Shown: positions 59,990-64,000 of the stretch, in pieces
Numbering within the stretch: the first letter of the stretch is position 1
How the letters are laid out: each line of letters begins with the position of its first letter
From: Mobula hypostoma
Taxonomy: Eukaryota
Assembly: GCF_963921235.1 (NCBI RefSeq)
Contig: NC_086101.1
Location: 4,528,001 to 4,592,000 of the forward strand
Reading direction: 5' to 3'
DNA: 64,000 bases
The notes under the pieces: model-generated
What the model saw: the letters and a program-made list of their open reading frames with translations, nothing else
The model's database searches: none
Told to the model about the DNA's origin: nothing
Position numbers and translations under genes: made by a program

Positions 59990-60327
59990 CCGTTGTATTC
60001 TATTGGCTGAAGATTACTCGAGGGCGGGGTCTAGGGGAAAGCAGATCTGCGTTGGTGAGCGCCATTGCATAAGCATTGAGGGACTCAAGGCATGGTTCCT
60101 GCTGGCAAGGGGGCTGGTTTCTCTGTCCATTTCCCCCCGGGATTCAAGATGACTCAGTGCTCATTGCAATCCGTATCTGGCGGCCTGGAAGCCTGAGCGG
60201 GAATATTGCGGGACAGGGCGGAATTCCCGTTGGCTGTCCGCCCGAACTGCAGCGAGCGCTCCCCTCCCGGCTCCCCCGCGGCCGCGCACGGGAAGTGTCC
60301 ATGCAGCCGGCGGCTTAAGCGGGCGGA
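59990..60327 (+). promoter_or_regulatory. Putative CpG-island promoter / 5' region of the TRIM gene
   Basis: Inverted CCAAT (ATTGG 60002-60006), GC box GGGCGGGG (60022-60029), kB-like GGAATTCCC (60220-60228); CpG-rich from about 59050 to 60800. Confidence 0.5.
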
Positions 60328-60747
60328 ATGGCGTCGGGCCACTCGACGCTCAGCCTGGAGGATGAGCTGAACTGCCCGCTGTGCCGGCAGCTGTACTCCG
60401 ACCCCGTGATCTTGGACTGCGGGCACGACTTCTGCCGGGAGTGCATCAGCAAGAAGTGGGAGGTGGAGCAGAGAGCGCAATGTCCCGAGTGCGGGCAGAT
60501 CTTCCGGGACCGCAGCCTCAAGCCCAACCGAGCCCTGAGCAAGCTGGTGAAGAAGACCCGGAATGTCTCCCTCAGCATGAAAGTCAAGAGCAACAGGCCT
60601 TACTGCACTGACCACGAAGAGGAGCTGAAACTGTTCTGCGAGACGGACAAGAAGCTCATCTGCGTGATGTGCCTGGACCGGCGCGACGGCCGGAGCCACA
60701 AGGCGCACAACTTCATGCTCATCAACGAGGCGGTGGAGATCTACAAG
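60328..60747 (+). CDS. TRIM-family E3 ubiquitin ligase (RFP/TRIM39/A33-like), first coding exon: RING + B-box2; remaining exons not in the window
   Basis: C3HC4 RING (CPLC..CGHDFCREC..CPEC), B-box2 (CTDH..CETD..CVMC..HKAH), phase-0 donor AAG|GTAAGG at 60747/60748; 140 codons. Confidence 0.93.
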
Positions 60748-62222
60748 GTAAGGCGACTCGGAGGTTGCTGGCGGGGATGGCGTAGAAGCTGGCGGAAGGT
60801 TGCAGTGGGACGTTGACAGGATACAGAGCCGGGCTGAGATGTTCCATCTGGAAAAGTGTGAAGGGATACCATTTGGAGGGCCGAACCTGGAGGAAAATGC
60901 GGGGTTAATGGCAGGATTGTTAGCACTGTGGGGGGAACAGAGGGGTCTTGTGGTCCAGTCCGCAAGATGATGGGGGGAGGGGGGGAGGGGGAGGGAGGCG
61001 TGGGTGAGGTTAAGAAGCCTTACGGGGTGCTTCTTAACTTGGGAAGCGGAGTACCTTATACTTTATTGTCGGCAAACAATTGATGCTAGAGCGTACAATC
61101 ATCGCAGCGATATTTGATTCTGCGCTTCGCGCTTCCTGGAGTATAAATCGATAGTAAATATTTAAAATTTAAATTACAAGTCATTCTGGAGGTAACATTG
61201 TATCATAATGCATGCATTACTAAATGACAATAACAGAGGACTGCGTATCCTCATAATCTAATCTAATCTAAATAGAAAATAGAAAAGGGAAAGTAAGGTA
61301 GTGCAAAAAAACCGAGAGGCAGGTCCGGATATTTGAAGGGTACAGCCCAGATCCGAGTCAGGATCCGTTCAGCACGAGGTAATGGTGCAGCTCTATAAAA
61401 CCCTGGTTAGACCACACTTGGAATATTGTGTTCAGCTCTGGTCGCCTCACTATAGAAAGGATACGGAAACTTGAGATGGGAGATATTGCATAGATTGGAG
61501 AGCATATCTTATAAGGATCGGCAGGACGAACTAGGGTTTTTTTCCTCTTTGGAGCAAGATGCGTCTTGATAGAGATGGACAGGATGATAAGAGGCATAGA
61601 TCGAGAGGACAGTCAGATTCTTTTCCCCCAGGACCGAAACGGCTATTAGGACAGGAGCATAATAAGGTGATTGGAGGAAAGTAAAGGGGAGGGGGAGTCA
61701 GAAGTAGTTTTTTTTTACAGTAATAGGTGCGCGGAACGCTCTGTCAACTGTGACCGTTGAGGCAAATATATATATTAGAGACATCTAAAAGAGTCACGGA
61801 GTCAGGACCTTCTCTACTTTTGCGTAGCCCTACGCCGTGGCGAGCATGCAGTAGTTGTGTTTGCCTCGCTCTGCAATTCTGCCTCGTCCCATCGACCTGC
61901 ATCAGGACCACAGCTCTCCCATCCGTGTGCCTATCTAAATTTCTCTTAAATATTGAAATCGAACCAGCATCTCCCTGGCAGCTCGTTCCACACTCTCACT
62001 ACTCTCTGAGTGAAGACGTTCCGCCTCGGGTTCCCCTTTAACATCTCACCTTTCATCTTTAATCTATGACCGCTAGTTCCAGTCTCGCCCAACCTCCGTG
62101 GAAAGAGCCCGCTTGCATTTACTCTATTTGTACCCCCATAATGTTGTATACCTCCATCAAATCTTCCCTTATTCTCCTAACTTTAGGAAATAGTCCCAAC
62201 CTGTTCAGCTTTTCCTATAACT

Positions 62223-62572
62223 CATAGAAACATAGAAACATAGAAAATAGGTGCAGGAGTAGGCCATTCGGCCCCTCGAGCCTGCACCGCCATTTATTAT
62301 GATCATGGCTGATCATCCAACTCAGAACCCAGCCTTCCCTCCATACCCCCTGATCCCTGTAGCCACAAGGGCCATATCTAACTCCCTCTTAAACATAGCC
62401 AATGAACTGGCCTCAACAGTTTGCTGTGGCAGAGAATTCCACAGATTCACCACTCTCTGTGTGAAGAAGTTTTTCCTAATCTCGGTCCTAAAAGGCTTCC
62501 CCTCTATCCTCAAACTGTGACCCCTCGTTCTGGACCTCCCCAACATCGGGAACAATCTTCCCGCATCTAGCC
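62223..62572 (-). mobile_element. CR1 LINE 3' end with (TTTCTATG)n tail
   Basis: LDAGRLFPMLG.SRTRGHSLRI...[22 protein letters not shown] repeats. Confidence 0.88.
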
Positions 62573-62620
62573 TCAAGTCCTGGCAACATCCTTGTAAATT
62601 TTGTCTGTACTCTTTCAACC

Positions 62621-62702
62621 TTCTCGTAGGTAGGTCTTTCTCGTAGGTAGGTCTTTCTCGTAGGTAGGTCTTTCTCGTAGGTAGGTCTTTCTCATAGGTA
62701 GG
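62621..62702. repeat. 17-bp tandem repeat (TTCTCGTAGGTAGGTCT) x about 5
   Basis: Direct units abutting the solo LTR. Confidence 0.9.
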
Positions 62703-63579
62703 TGTCACGTACCCCGTAACGGGTTAAAGAACCAGCAGAAATGGAAAAACACGGGAAGTCTGGTATTGCTGTTAACATAAGCTATTTTATTGGTAACTAC
62801 GCAATACAGTAATATAAAATCAGATAAGTCAAACAGGTTAGCAGATTATGCATATATATAAGTGTGGAAATAGAAAACCCAAACTTCTTCAAGCTTAGGG
62901 GGTAATTGGATACAGTCTTGTGATGATGGGTAAATGGAGTCAGTTCAGTTGGTGTTATTGAGTTGAGTAATGATGGAGAGAGAGAGGTGTTGTGGTTGTC
63001 CGAGTAAGCCGATACCGTCGATCCTTTGTTGTCCTCCGAAATCCTTAAAAGTCACCGAATGTGACCACAAAAAGGAGTCCGTCTTCTGGGGTGAAGTTAT
63101 CAACCCTGGCGAGGGTTGGACACACTGATAACTTCCCACCGGTCACCCTTTTTCCACACTGCGAGAACCACTTAATCCTCCAAAACCCAATTCTCCCGAT
63201 CGATCCTCCACAAAAACCCACCTTTCTGTGGGCACACGAAGCTCATCCAGTGTCCAAAACCCTGTGTGTCTGTCTAACAACCAGCTGACCTTGTATTTAT
63301 CTCAGTATGCTAACACCAGCCGTCCATCGCATAATACCGCCCTCGGTCGCCATGGCAACCCTGAGCTGCTCGTTACTCACTCTGTAAGAGCTCACAAGCA
63401 GGCGGCGTCCCTGTATAAGTGCAAACATGCTTTAGAGTTCGTATAAACACCACCTCAAGGCAGGCCTCGTCCCCCCGCCCCCACGTAACACCTCAAACAG
63501 TGTCCAAAAGTCAGTCTCATACTCTCAACGTTTTAAAGTGACAGTCCACAGAAAATATGAACCCTCGGGGTACATAACA
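62703..63579 (-). mobile_element. Solo LTR inserted in a CR1
   Basis: TG...CA ends with 12/14 inverted repeat TGTCACGTACCCCG / CGGGGTACATAACA; CR1 sequence resumes at TGACCAAAATTGCACA. Confidence 0.72.
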
Positions 63580-63764
63580 ATCGGTGACCAAAATTGCACA
63601 TGATGCTCCAAATTAGGCCTGGTCAACGTCTTGTACAACTTCAGCATAACATCCCAATTCCTGTTCTCCATACATGATGGCCAATGTGCCAAAAGCTCTC
63701 TTTACAACCCTATCTCCATGTGACATCACTTTCAAGGGTAAGACTTACTCTAGTTGGTCTGGCT

Positions 63765-64000
63765 CCAGGGTGACCAGGGATGGGAGCTCAACGTTCAGGG
63801 ATATTCAATATTCAGGAGGGATAGACATGAAGGAAGGGGAGGTGGGGTGGCGTTGCTGGTTAAAGAAGAGATTAACGCAATAGAAAGGAGGACATAAGCC
63901 GGGAAGATGTGGAATCGATATGGGTAGAGCTGCGTAACACCAAGGGGCAGAAGACGCTGGTGGGAGTTCTGTACAGGCCACCTAACAGTAGTAGTGAGGT
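63765..64000 (+). mobile_element. CR1 ORF2 endonuclease fragment running off the window
   Basis: WELNVQGYSIFRRDR..GRGGGVALLV...ESIWVEL...YRPPN. Confidence 0.8.

Noticed and set aside
60154..60708. 184-aa minus-strand ORF
   Set aside because: Antisense shadow of the GC-rich TRIM coding exon.
60748..60816. ORF-track extension of the TRIM protein (VRRLGGCW...)
   Set aside because: Read-through past a strong GTAAGG donor into the intron.
52100..63579. One intact LTR retrotransposon enclosing the TRIM exon
   Set aside because: The two LTR-like sequences diverge after about 600 bp, each splits a different CR1 host, and there is no gag/pol between them.

Overview
Eukaryotic (vertebrate) genomic DNA. 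The repeat landscape (CR1, Rex1/Babar, Penelope-like elements, V-domain SINEs, RTE) suggests a cartilaginous fish, probably a ray or skate (inference). The window holds the last 13 coding exons of an SLC44A4 (CTL4 / choline transporter-like protein 4) gene on the + strand (2868-44080; spliced by hand into an uninterrupted frame of 473 codons plus stop) and the first coding exon (RING + B-box) of a TRIM gene at 60328-60747 in a CpG-rich region. Both gene types are MHC-linked in mammals. One 8-kb SLC44A4 intron is a clear U12-type (minor spliceosome) intron. Most of the remaining sequence is nested retroelement debris. It includes Penelope-derived fold-back elements with minimal hammerhead-ribozyme motifs and 15-bp target-site duplications, a >7-kb 43-bp satellite (spanning a 200-N gap) that appears to derive from a CR1 LINE, a 54-bp hairpin minisatellite, and multi-kb purine/pyrimidine tracts. 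Nearly all other ORFs in the supplied track are retroelement fragments or repeat artefacts. I found no evidence for a wholly new multi-gene system.
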